Source: Novakomyces olei (Eukaryota). Taken from it: 64,000 nucleotides of DNA. Under the pieces are notes generated by a model. It was given only the letters and a program-made list of their open reading frames with translations. It ran no database searches and was not told the DNA's origin. Positions 24,648 to 36,074 of this stretch are shown here, piece by piece (position 1 is the stretch's first letter; the number at the start of each line of letters is the position of its first letter). The position numbers were made by a program, and so were the translations under genes. The DNA is taken from assembly GCA_016906335.1 (NCBI GenBank), contig JADEYG010000007.1, positions 372,001 through 436,000 on the forward strand. Reading direction: 5' to 3'.

Positions 24648-24978
24648 AATGATGGGCGGGCGTGCGTCTTGCGATACTGTGCCTTTTGTGTAATAAAGTA
24701 GTCTTTGGTTTTGAGCTGGTTGTAATTGCATTGCCGTCTATGACTGGCGAGTAGAGGGAATTGTATACTTGTTTATATATTTCTATAGTAGCAACTGTAG
24801 TACGGCATTCTGACGCGTAACCTCCGCAACCTCCGCAAACTGCAACTCCCATGTTCAATCGTTCAATCCCACTCTAAAACTTTCCACATCCCTGTTAGTC
24901 CTTTTACCAGTCAAAAGGCAATCGTAGAGTCAAACGCGACAGGGTTAAAGCCTTGTGCCATACTCTACGTCGGCGAGA

Positions 24979-27062
24979 TCATTTCTGCTCCAGTTCAAGC
25001 GACAAGACGAGCGGTGTATCTGTCTGCACGTCCACTTCCAAGTACCGCTGCGGTTGAGCAAACTGGTTGCACGAAGAAACGAGGCCAGTGAATGATAATT
25101 CGGAAACGTGCTCATTCAAATTCCACCGTGCTCCTCGTGTAACTGCCCTGGTCGGCCCGTAAATAGGTAACAGTCCAAAATGCCGTCCAACAGAAACGTG
25201 CTTGTTCTCAGCTGCCACAGGTAGCTGTGGCTGAGGCACATTCGCAGCGTCGACGACCGTCTTTGCTCGCCCAGGGCAGAGCAATAGAAGGTTATCCTTG
25301 TCACAGGCTATCAGCTTGTACCGCGGATGTGTCTTGTACCAGGCGTACATCTGCGCCAGGGCACCAGCAGTATGATCAAAACGGCCGCCTACTGCCCCAC
25401 AAACAAGAACTTGCCAGGGCGGCAGTTCTTTTTTATGGCCCTGCTCACGCTCACATACAATCGCGTCCAGCAAGTTTAATGCCTTTGTGAAATCAGTCGA
25501 GTACTGGTCAGTGTCGGGGACTATACGGGCGCCTTTGCCTTCGTAATACGAAACAATATTCAAACAGACAGAGTCCATGTCCCCCGTTACACCATCAGGG
25601 ATCAGTGCTGGATCCATTGCGTTCAGCCAGTTGGCTCCGCCATCTGCGCAAATGCGTATACTCGCATTCGCCCATAGATCACGTACGACATTATGAGGGA
25701 AAGGCAGCCGCTGGTTAAGGAATACAATAGCCATATTGTCTACTTTGGCCCTTGAAAATAGACGCATTGGCTCAATAAGTGGCTCCGGGGACAATGTCCG
25801 GTCTGCGCTTTGCTCCTGCCCATGTTTCTCTTGCCCATAGTTCTCTTTGACCGAAACTTTATCAGAGTCAGCTCGGCTAGTAACGGAACTGCCTATAGGA
25901 AATTCCATTTGCCGGTGGATGCGCCGACAAAGTTCAAGGTAATCGGGCTCGTTTTCCTGTGTCAAGATGCCATGACGGATGAAAAAGTCGAGTAAAACAA
26001 GTACAGTATTTGGTTTGAATTCACCGGCATGAATGTGCTCGATTACCTGTTGAACCGTCATCAACTTGAACTCGGCCACTTCTGTATCGTGCGGACGTGG
26101 CACAATACTCGTGTGAAGTGGGAGGTCATACACATATTGAATCTAAATTTAGAGGAAGAAGGAAAAAGGGAAGAAAGAAAAGAAGAGAAAAACCAAAACT
26201 AGGGAAGACGAAAAGAAATTGATCAAGACAAACCTTACGAATAAAAGTAAAGGAAAACTAATTGAACAAAAAGAATTGACTCAAAAAAAAGCCTGTGAAT
26301 GACAAATAGCAACCCAGAAGAAATTGGTGTAATTATGTGTAAAAATAAAAATGGTCCTAGTGATCATATGTAAAATAAAATAAGTAGTATAAAGACTTAC
26401 TTCCGGCTGAAGAAGACCAGACTCTCCACCACTAGCGGCTCCGCTCTCCGTATAGTAACCAACAGATCCAGTCTCTTGGACGTTTCGGGAAACGAACTCC
26501 TCTTCGAGACTCGCTTCTTCTCCGGCTTCCTTGATGATTGTGTCCCGTGGCGAAAACCCGTAGCCAATCCCGCCAGCTACGGAATTGTCGAGCATATTGG
26601 GAAACGTTTGTTTTGTTGATGATCTTCTAGGCACCCAGATTTGTAGAGGGCGGGCAGCAAAAGCCGGGACATAGGCTGTCATGTGAACTCCATAAGTCTG
26701 CACGCCAAATAACGGAGTTGCTGCCCGTTCCATATGGAAACAAATTGAAGTTTGCGAATCGTAAACGGGATACTCCTCGTCTCTCCAGCCTTTTAATATG
26801 TTAAACTGCTCATCCGCCCGCCATTTTTGCAAAACCGAAGCAATAGCTGTGCTTCGAGCCTCGCAATCGGCTGCTATTAGCTCAGGTGTGAAGGTTATTA
26901 TACGGAGCTTTGCATCAACCGACCAGACTTTGGGATGCTGCCCAATAACTTTAGAAACTTTTATAGGAATATGTCCCAATGTGCGGCCCTCAAATTGAAA
27001 ACGAAACATTTGTTTCATCATAATCCTGTAACCCCGAGTACCATGGTAGGGGACACAATCGC
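24979..27062 (-). CDS. tnr3: Nudix hydrolase (YJR142W-like) + thiamine pyrophosphokinase (Tnr3-type fusion); probably the C-terminal part of a Trm11 fusion
   Basis: Nudix: ERAATPLFGVQTYGVH, MLDNSVAGG...KEAGEEASL. Intron 26143-26400 gives LQPE-IQYVYDL, then GEFKPN. An open linker leads into TPK motifs ICADGGAN, GDMDSV, DQYSTDFTKAL, GGRFDH and SSCN. Confidence 0.9.
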
Positions 27063-27220
27063 CTATATACATATTAGATATTCACCATCTTTCATCTGAT
27101 TTATCATTTGTATTATTCTACTATTGATTATTTTAAACGAGCTTGTTTTTTGTTTTTTTTTGTTGCTTTCTTTTATTTCAATGTATCTCTTTTTAAAATT
27201 AAATCGAAACGTTATCATAC

Positions 27221-29067
27221 ACAAATTAACGCAGTCGAGAAAAGAAGCTCTTTTCGGCTGGGAAGAAGAAGGAGATCCGTAAGGCTGTGCTGTGAATACT
27301 TTTTCACGGAAACGTGAAAGCGTCAGCCCGTCTGCCTGTAGAGAATGCTCAACTTTGCCTTTGTTCTCTAATGGCTCTGTAGTCTTTTCGTAAACCAATA
27401 AAATTCGCGACCCTAAATTGGAATTAGTTAAGAACACATAGAATAATAGAGAGGAACAATCGAGTTGAGTAGAATTGCGTGAAAGCTTCAAAAATCCAAA
27501 GTAAATACATTTCCCAAACTGCTGGACTCCATGGGTGACATGACGCAAACATGAGTGAGATGGAATCTCGTCCAGCTTGAAATCCTCAGTTATAAATGGC
27601 ATCCAATATACAAGACGCCCGCCACGTTTAAGTCGTTGAGCAGCAAACTCCATAAGGTCGCCTATGACATCTGGGAGCTCGTAAAACTTTGTTGGCGGAT
27701 AGTAGTCAGGAGACCTTGAAAGCAATTAGATAATGAGAAAAGATACTTATCATACTCGTGAGCAAAAGTTCCAAAGCTTTCCATAAAAACGGGCCCTCTT
27801 TTTTGTTTGCTCGGATCACGACGTCCTAGAGTCTTGGCGCCTGCTCGTACGCCATAGGGAGCTATCATGTTAGACTGGCTATACTAGACTCCTTGATGAG
27901 AAACTTACGGTCTGTTACGATTGCATCCAAGCCAAGATCCTTGCGTAAAGGGCAGTGCTTTATATCCGCGGTAAAAAGACCCACAAGTCGGTCTTGTAAG
28001 CCATACTGATCCATGTTTGTTTGGACAGAGCCCCTTGACGGCTTTCCACGGAACTGGCGGCCATCAATATCAGAACCTATGGTATTAGCTTGCATGAATA
28101 ATCACCCAGGGAAACATGGCTCGACGAGCCAATTGCGACATAAAGTTCACGAAATTCCGGCCTAGCAAAAAAGTCTTCTACAAACAAAACCGAACATTGC
28201 AAAGACAATCAAGCATCTTCAATTTGTATAATGAAAAGATTGAATAGAAGAAGAGTACCAATAACAGACGCGCCAAAATAGGCACAAGTGTACAAAAAGC
28301 TGCCGGTGCCCGTAAACGGATCATACAAAAGTTTTCCAGGCGCACTCAATGCTAGTCGCGCAGTCACTAGCGAAAGCTCGGCCTCAAACGTGGTAGTCCC
28401 CCTGTATCCGCGTTTCTTTACATCAAAAAGGTCGGCCACATGCGTTGATCCGACGCACAACTATACATGAGAATCGAACAAGAAAATGTTCCACATACTC
28501 TTCTGCCTAGATAAGCCCTTTGAAGTACGTGGCTGTCATCGTGCTCCAACATGACCGCAAAACGCTGCTCCGGGTTTTGCATAACGATAGGTCCGCTAAA
28601 GCCCATAAACGCGAGCGATTCATATAATTCGCGGCGTTCCTCTGGCGATATACTGCGTTTGAACGATTGAACATCAAGGCGGAATGAGGCTTCCGAGTAT
28701 TGTCCCTTAACTTTTTTAGCATTTTAATGGTGGATCTTCATACAAACAAAGGTTTGGAATCGCGCAAGACGCTCTCACGCAATTCCGGCAAATCGTGAGC
28801 CTGCCCCCATAGTTCGTAAACGGCAAAAGTGCTCACAGACTGTGAGCACACTTTTACGGCAGCCTCGGCGTTGGAGAATCCGACAATCCAGAACGGCGAC
28901 TTTATTTTGTTAGCTCTTATCAGCAAATTGGACGCCTAGTTATGGTATACATCGTTCCGGTACTCGTGCACATCAATGCCAACTGAGATAGTATCAGCGA
29001 TTGCCTGTAATTCAAGTGCTCGAAACTCGGGATTCCGTAACGGTTGGTGGACGAGGAATCGTTCCAT
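27221..29067 (-). CDS. TRM11: tRNA m2G10 methyltransferase catalytic subunit; reading frame continues into Nudix-TPK
   Basis: Multi-exon. MERFLVH...EFRALEL, KRGYRGTTTFEAELSLV, YDPFTGTGSF, GSDIDGRQ, TDPPYGVRAG (across a splice), GGRLVYW, WSRIL, FREKVF. Confidence 0.92.
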
Positions 29068-29365
29068 GTCTACTGGCGCATGCTGCACAACGCTACGTTC
29101 AATGTATTCAGAGTCTTGTATACGATAAGAGCCTTTGCGCATAGGGTTTACATTGAGTTTAGGGTTTATTTCTGTAGTATTACGTGTGGACATTAAACCA
29201 ACACATATTGGCACGGTGCCCGTAACATTATCAGCCGTAATAACGGGACACTCTTGTCTATGTATGTCATGCTCAGGCAAATAAGTCTTCGAGTCCAGTC
29301 TATTTAGTGCAGATATCGGAGCCGACCTTTATGCGAGACCTTCTACCATCGTATAGAGCATTGCA

Positions 29366-29694
29366 ATGAAGCCGATTATTCCGCCAGGCCTGGGTGAGTC
29401 AGCTACCAGTACTTTGTACTAACAGTGGTAGCGTACTGCTGCACCGTGTTATCCGCAATTGGCATTGTATTCTTGTCTATAATGGCTCTCTTCTTCTTCA
29501 CAGGCGCAGAGTCAGTAGTGTCAGACCTTGACGGCACAGACGTCACACACGGCGAAGCGGGGTGGACTTGTATCAAGGCTGTTATCGTCTATGCTGTAAG
29601 TATATCTGCTAGACGTTGTCTCATTTTATAGGTATTCTTTGTCGTATGCGGCTTACAGAGTCTTGTGTACCGACGCGGACAAATATCCATATAG
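29366..29694 (+). CDS. V-ATPase V0 subunit f (RNASEK / YPR170W-B-like)
   Basis: Three exons give MKPIIPPGL(VV)AYCCTVLSAIGIVFLSIMALFF..GAES...AVIVYAVFFVVCGLQSLVYRRGQISI, with two TM helices. Confidence 0.85.
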
Positions 29695-30296
29695 GCCGAT
29701 GATTTGAAAAAAGCCTGGTATCGGCTTTTACTGTACCCGTGAACGAAGGTAATTAATACGAATCGCGGTTGGCGTGGAAAATTGGGGTTTTTTTTTGCGG
29801 ATATGAACATTGTGGCTTGATATTTCTAGAGCTGTGATTGATCTGGAAACAGGCATGATGCCGAGGACTGTCGTAAAGAATGGGTAGACAGTTGTTGGAT
29901 ATTTAAAAACGTAATTAATGAAGCATCTCTGATTGATATGGCCGTCGGATTTATAGTTATCGTGCCGCGGCTTGGTCTTATCATACAAGACCATGCTCCG
30001 TTCCTATGGGGGATATATGGCCTGCGAATGGTAAAAATGATTGAAGTGCCTTCTATACCTGTGATTAGCTTAGCCATTAGTTAAACCGTTCGCCACAAAA
30101 GTTGTCATGTAGGGATTGTATCAATCAATGTTACCTACTGCGTACTATTGTTATTGAATAAACTTGGATGGAAAGCACTCTTTCGCGCCCTCTTCAATCT
30201 AAATACAAATAAAAAAGTGCACTGGAGCTAAACAATAAAATGTGTATGATAATTTGCTAATTGCTGAACTTCATAAGCTTTTTCAATTTGATGTAA

Positions 30297-30313
30297 AACC
30301 CTAACTAACCCTA
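30297..30313 (+). promoter_or_regulatory. Tandem telobox/Tbf1-like element (CACGTG at 30368)
   Basis: Identical to 15325-15341. Confidence 0.45.
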
Positions 30314-30403
30314 ATATGCAGTAATTAAAGCTTTACATTATTTATTATGTATCAAAACACCGCGTTTCACGTGATTAATATATTCGCGTCAAGGCCCGAG
30401 GCG

Positions 30404-32543
30404 ATGCTACAAAAGGCACGACTGTGGGCCAATGTAACGGACCGAGTCCGGAAAGATTCCACCATATCTACGCCAAACCTTACCGCGTCAGATTTGGAAA
30501 GCTATCGTGCAATCGCCCTGCGCGTAAGTATTACTATTACATGTTTTAAACTAAACAACATTTAAGGTTGTTGATAGAGCGGGAAAGGATCAGAGAGGAA
30601 GGTCCCAGGTCGTTCTTAATGTTTGCTATTTTCCGGATCCACATGAATATGACTACAATGCTCTCCTTCCTCTCATTCTAGAAATTATCGATGCGAGCGT
30701 AGACGAACAGGAGTATATCGGCATAGGTAGGAATCAGCAATCTCCTTCCCAATTTACAAAGTTATAATTATATGACTCCTTTTTTTATTTTGATTGCCCT
30801 TAAAAAAAGGGCCTTTTAATCAACATTATACTTACAATAGTATTTTGTGGTGGCGGTGAATATAGGCCCAGCTGGTCATGGCTCATTCAAGCGTACAACT
30901 CTTTGGGCCGCAAGTACAGGAAGAACTTGAAAGCCCTGTACCTTGTTCATTCTACATGGTATGAAACCGATAAATATAAACTGTCTTGCTCCCGCAATTT
31001 AAGCTATTGGATGCTTATCTTTGTTTAATTCTACTTTGTTTCATTTATAATAGTTCAGCTTAGGTTGTGCGATCGTTAACAATACAGGTGGGTGCGCGTT
31101 TTATTCGAAATCATGTCAAACATAATCTCGCCAAAATTTGCGCGTAAGGTTAAACATATTGATACCCTTTCGGAGCTGGCAAAATATGTTTCTTTTCTAG
31201 ATGTCGAAGTGCCACCCAAAGTATACGAGCACAATTTACAGTACGAGCCAAGAATTGAGCTCCCCCCACAATACCTCCAGTGCCCGCTCTTTGGTGTACC
31301 CTTGCGCCAGGTTGTTCAAAAACAAGAGCAAAATTCTACAATCGCGCTTCCTCGCCGGCTAGAATCGGTTTTTTCTTACCTTCACTTTAAAGGCACAATG
31401 GAAAAAGGCTTATTTCGCCTTTCACCATCCGCAATGCTGCTTGAGCAAGCCAAGCAGGCTCTTGATCGTGGCAACAAGATAAATTTACAAGACTATGGTC
31501 CACATATTGCAGCAGGGCTTTTACGGCAGTTTCTACGCAATCTGCCGGAGCCTTTGTTCCCCGGTACTTTAGAGACGTATGAAACCTTCCGCACAAGTGC
31601 AACTGCCATGTTCAAGGCTCCACTGGAAACCAAAGAGTATGAAATTCAACACAAAATTTTGCCCATGTTGGGCCCGAATGAACGTTTGCTCTTTGGCAAA
31701 TTAGTTTTTCTACTGCACTCGATCTCACAAAGGGCAAAGTACAATCGTATGGACGCTGGTAATTTGGCTACTTGCATTGCCCCATCACTCATCTGCCACC
31801 CTACAGATCCAGTCAAGGATATTTCAACATCAAACACGATTACTGGCGGCCTTGGAGTTGCTCTGGTTGTGTGCATTGAGCATCCAGAAATTGTGGACAT
31901 AGATTTAGGAGGAAAAGATGATCAGACACCGATGACGAAACCATCTATTCTCGTATCGCCGCCAGCAGCGGAGCCAATGCTAAGAAACGCCTCTGAGCCG
32001 ATCATGGAGCAAGAAAAGGATCCGTCTAATGAAATGGAGACAGAAACGAGGACATCAAGTGATACCGACAGTTCACCAAGCGACTCGGGTCTACAAAAAG
32101 TTTCTAGTGCTAATACGATGCAGAAGACCAACCAGTCTGTGTCCGAAGACAATTTTAAAGACTTGAAACTCTCCGGACAGAAAGCGTACGCCAAACGATC
32201 AGCCTCAGTTTCTGGCGGAGAGAAAAATGTAAAGTCTTCGACATTCATGCAGAATGCTTTTAATAGCGATTTATTTACCAAACCTCCGCCCTTGCCTGCA
32301 ATAACTCCGGGTGAAATGCCGCGTCTAAGAAATGTTTCGCCAGAAAGAAAATTACAGACTCTCACACAGCCGGAGCCTTATGTACTACGACGGATAGCGC
32401 AAGAAAATGCTACAAATGACAATCGAAATGGTGTTGTAAAGGACTTACGGTCTATATTTGAAGAACGCAGCCGTGTAGCTCGAGCTGCTATTTCAAGAGA
32501 CCCTACGGCTGCTTCTTCTCGATGTTTTAGTAATGGGACTTGA
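30404..32543 (+). CDS. ECM25: CRAL-TRIO/BCH + RhoGAP protein (Ecm25/ARHGAP1-like)
   Basis: Four exons. RPSWSWLIQAYNSLGRKYRKNLKALYLVH, ISPKFARKV, GLFRLSP (arginine finger), FLRNLPEPL, NRMDAGNLATCIAPSL. Confidence 0.75.
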
Positions 32544-33078
32544 TTCGATTTTTGGGAATTTTTGATTGAAGTTTTACAGGAATGATAAATAACTAAAATA
32601 ATAATAATTTAAAATTATTGATGGCTAGTACTTTAGCATAGTTAGTTTAAAATGATTAAGATCAGTAAAATGATTGATATCAATTAGCAAAAAATTATAA
32701 TTACGATTAAAATAAGTTTATGCAAGTCTGTAATTATTTAATCATTATATTCCAAAGTATATCTAACGGAAAGTCCTAACGCTAAAATTTCAATGGATGA
32801 TGCTTTTAATGGTATAGCTTTTATAGTATTCATACATGACTAAATCCAACGGCATGTAACTCTATACAAGGATGATCGATACGTATGATTGTACGGTGAA
32901 GACCTGCCCCCCAGAAAGATGAGATTGAAAGCATAAAAAGGAAAAGAAAAAAGTGAAAAAAAAAAAAGCGAAGAGAATCAAACAAATACAATCAGGAACA
33001 ACTGGCAAACATTGAAATTACAAAAGCAACCTCCACGGTACGAGAAAGCACATGTGTATTCTTTTGCTCATCTCAACG

Positions 33079-34936
33079 TCACATAATCTGCCGGGGCGAC
33101 TCGAGCTTATCAATCTCATCTATGTCATCCTCTTCATCACTAACTTTGTCGCCGTTTCCGACCTTCCCATAATTTCCACGGTTCGTATGACCCGAATGCA
33201 CCTTTTGCGAACCCTGAAGTTTTCCACTGTTATCTATATCACGAAGGCCGATAGAGTTCTCCTCGTCATCTTCATTAAAAGCGGTCATTAGGCCCATCTG
33301 CTGCCTGAAATCACGGCTGCCAGTATGCCTGTGGCCTCCATGCCCGTCACCGATACTTGGGCCATACGCAGAAAAGTTATTATGATGATGAGGGTTTGTA
33401 GGCGACGAAATAGAGCTAGAGCGTCGGACTTGCATGCTTCGACGGGTCTGAAAGGATGTAATGCCATTGTCCATCGGCATTCCTTCCACACCTTTTTGCG
33501 GCAACACAGCAGATCCATCGGGGTCCATACGGGACACGTTTAAGAGGTAGACTCCACTGAAACCTGTTAGCAAATGTGCGAATTAAAAAGAAGCGTGGTG
33601 TTAATAAATAGAAGGAAAGGAAAGGAGAGGAAAAAAAAAAGGAAGCACTGTAATCGCTCTTTAAAAAAAGCCTATAGAAAGGACAAAAAAACCGAAATCA
33701 AAATCAAGTGCGAAATAGCTCTCAAGAAAGACCGATTTACCTAAAGATAATTAAGAACCCGCAGAGGAGAGAAATAATACTAACGGCGTCTGTAGTATTG
33801 AACCCTCTGAACAAGAGAAACGAGGCTAGCAGGGTCGCAGTTGTGAACGTGACGTAGTAGATAGGGTTGACCCTATAATAGTTAGCAGCAATCGGCAGTG
33901 AGCTCTTACAAGGACGTGTCAAACTGGTCCAGGGCCTTGTTGAAATAATTCATCTGGGTCAATATGCAAACAACCACCACAATTCCGAAAACATAGGTCG
34001 ACGGATGAGAGAGCTGGTTGTTTCCAGCCAGCGTCAGTTTGAGCGCAATACCGAAGCCCTTAATAGCCATAACGGAAATTGACCCAACCGTCGAGCAAAT
34101 TGAAATGTAAACAAGCGGATTTACTTTGCCATACCGCGGAGCGACCTTGTAAATCATTACAAACGCAAACACAGTGACGACGATGCAATAAAAAAGGAAC
34201 CCTGAGCAAAATGTTAGAGACACTGTACAGCCGGGCACGGGGAGGGTCATTCTGGGGTATACATCCCATGACAAACGTATAGATGATGATAAAAATTACA
34301 GATAGCCAAACAGTAGCGCGACCGCAGTCAAGCAAAAGGAAACAAAACCGCAATGAAAAAAAATTACCTGGCTGTACGGCATAGTGCAAAATTTCGTCGA
34401 CAGTCTGAACATCTTTGTCTGGTGGTGCATGCAGCACAATCACAATAGACCCGATCAAGCATAGAGCACAGCCAATTTTGCCAATACGGCCTAACCGTTC
34501 GCGTAAAAATATGGAGGCTAAAACGGATCCAATAAGGACGGAGAGCGCTCCAAGTGGGGTAACGAGAATTGCAGGGGCAAAAGTATAGGCAGCAAAATTC
34601 GCAACTTCCCCAATGATCACTATGCTATTAGAGGCTTTGTTGGCAAAAAAGAAATTCATACTTGTTCCCATTCCTGCCCACCAGATCGGATTTCGGAGGT
34701 AAGTGTAGTCCTCGCTTGAGTAAGCATTGCTCTCACCCGCGTCCATGAGGCCCTATATCATAATTAGCATATATCGTAACTTCGCGCGCTTTGATCTCAC
34801 CTTTTTCGTGATGATAAAGCTCGTGCCTACAAAAGTTATGTTTGATAAGCCAATGTCTCGATGCAACGCGTAATTTACCAATGGCCAGCGACGAGCTGAC
34901 GGCCAGTCCAAGGCCAATATACTTGTCCTCGATCAT
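33079..34936 (-). CDS. NIPA-family (DUF803) magnesium transporter
   Basis: Multi-exon. EDKYIGLGLAVSSS, YLRNPIWWAGM, GEVANFAAYTFAPAILVTPLGALSV, QMNYFNKAL, VNPIYYVTFT. Confidence 0.92.
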
Positions 34937-35227
34937 TGCTGTCGGAAAAGATCCAAACCTGGCCAAAAATGCTAACCGACAGCAATTACACTAAAGTAAA
35001 AATTGAACGCAATCAATCGAACAGAGCCGTAGTCTCTTCAGCCGCCTGCTGTCTCCTTTGCTTTCACACTAGACCTGTTGAGTATGCTAATCTTATTATC
35101 TCTTAAGAGCAGCGAGATTTTGAATAATATATGAGCAATTATCGCATACTAAAGTCGAGATACTTGCACATTTCTGTGAGTAAAAAGTAATGCGAGAGAA
35201 ATAAGGGATGTAATTCTAATTTTTATC

Positions 35228-35428
<201 letters not shown>

Positions 35429-36074
35429 CAAAAATCTCTTGTCCCTATTTAGTGTGTGTTTTTATGCTACTATGGAAAATTCAAGGCCTGTACAAGATTT
35501 GCATACATAACATCCAAATCAAACAGCTAAAAGATCTGACCCTATGAAAAGCTACAGTAATCAATTTGCTTTACCCAGCACAAGTCGCTATAGTGTTTAA
35601 GCACTTTCTCAGGAAAGGCCAGGCTCTTGATAATGGCGGCGATTCTAAATAGGCTGCCACACCTTCACACCTTTTGTACGCCCGATAGGCATGGGCATAG
35701 TTGCCCATGCTTGCTAAACAAGTACTGGATAAAATAACAAGGTAATGCTTACTCGAGCAACCTTCCGTCCCGCTATTGAAGCTGTTTCCTAAAAGCAAAC
35801 GTGAGAGTTACACTGCCGTTGTGGCCATGCAAGGATATAAGATTCTCCTTAAAAGACGATTCTTTGTAAACAAGATAAAGAGGGGAAACTCAAAATTAAA
35901 AGTAAAAGATCATACTTTAAGTACCGCTGAGTAGACAAAAGCTTTTGAACCAAACAATCTGTGGGACTTCAAACATAAAAGAAATAAAAAGGACATAAAA
36001 TTAATCATATCCTTCAGAGGCCCTTAATATGCTTTACAGCAATTTTGGTTTTTATCTTACCGATCTCACAAAAT

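Noticed and set aside
26143-26400. TPP riboswitch in the long intron of the thiamine pyrophosphokinase gene
   Set aside because: Only a CTTGATC fragment is present. The GCTGAGA and GATAAT-CCAGCG core elements are absent, and the intron is pyrimidine-rich low-complexity sequence.
30297-30314. Telomerase RNA template (CTAACCCTAA)
   Set aside because: The same element occurs at 15325, and both lie about 90-130 bp upstream of protein-coding ATGs. They are better explained as TF sites.
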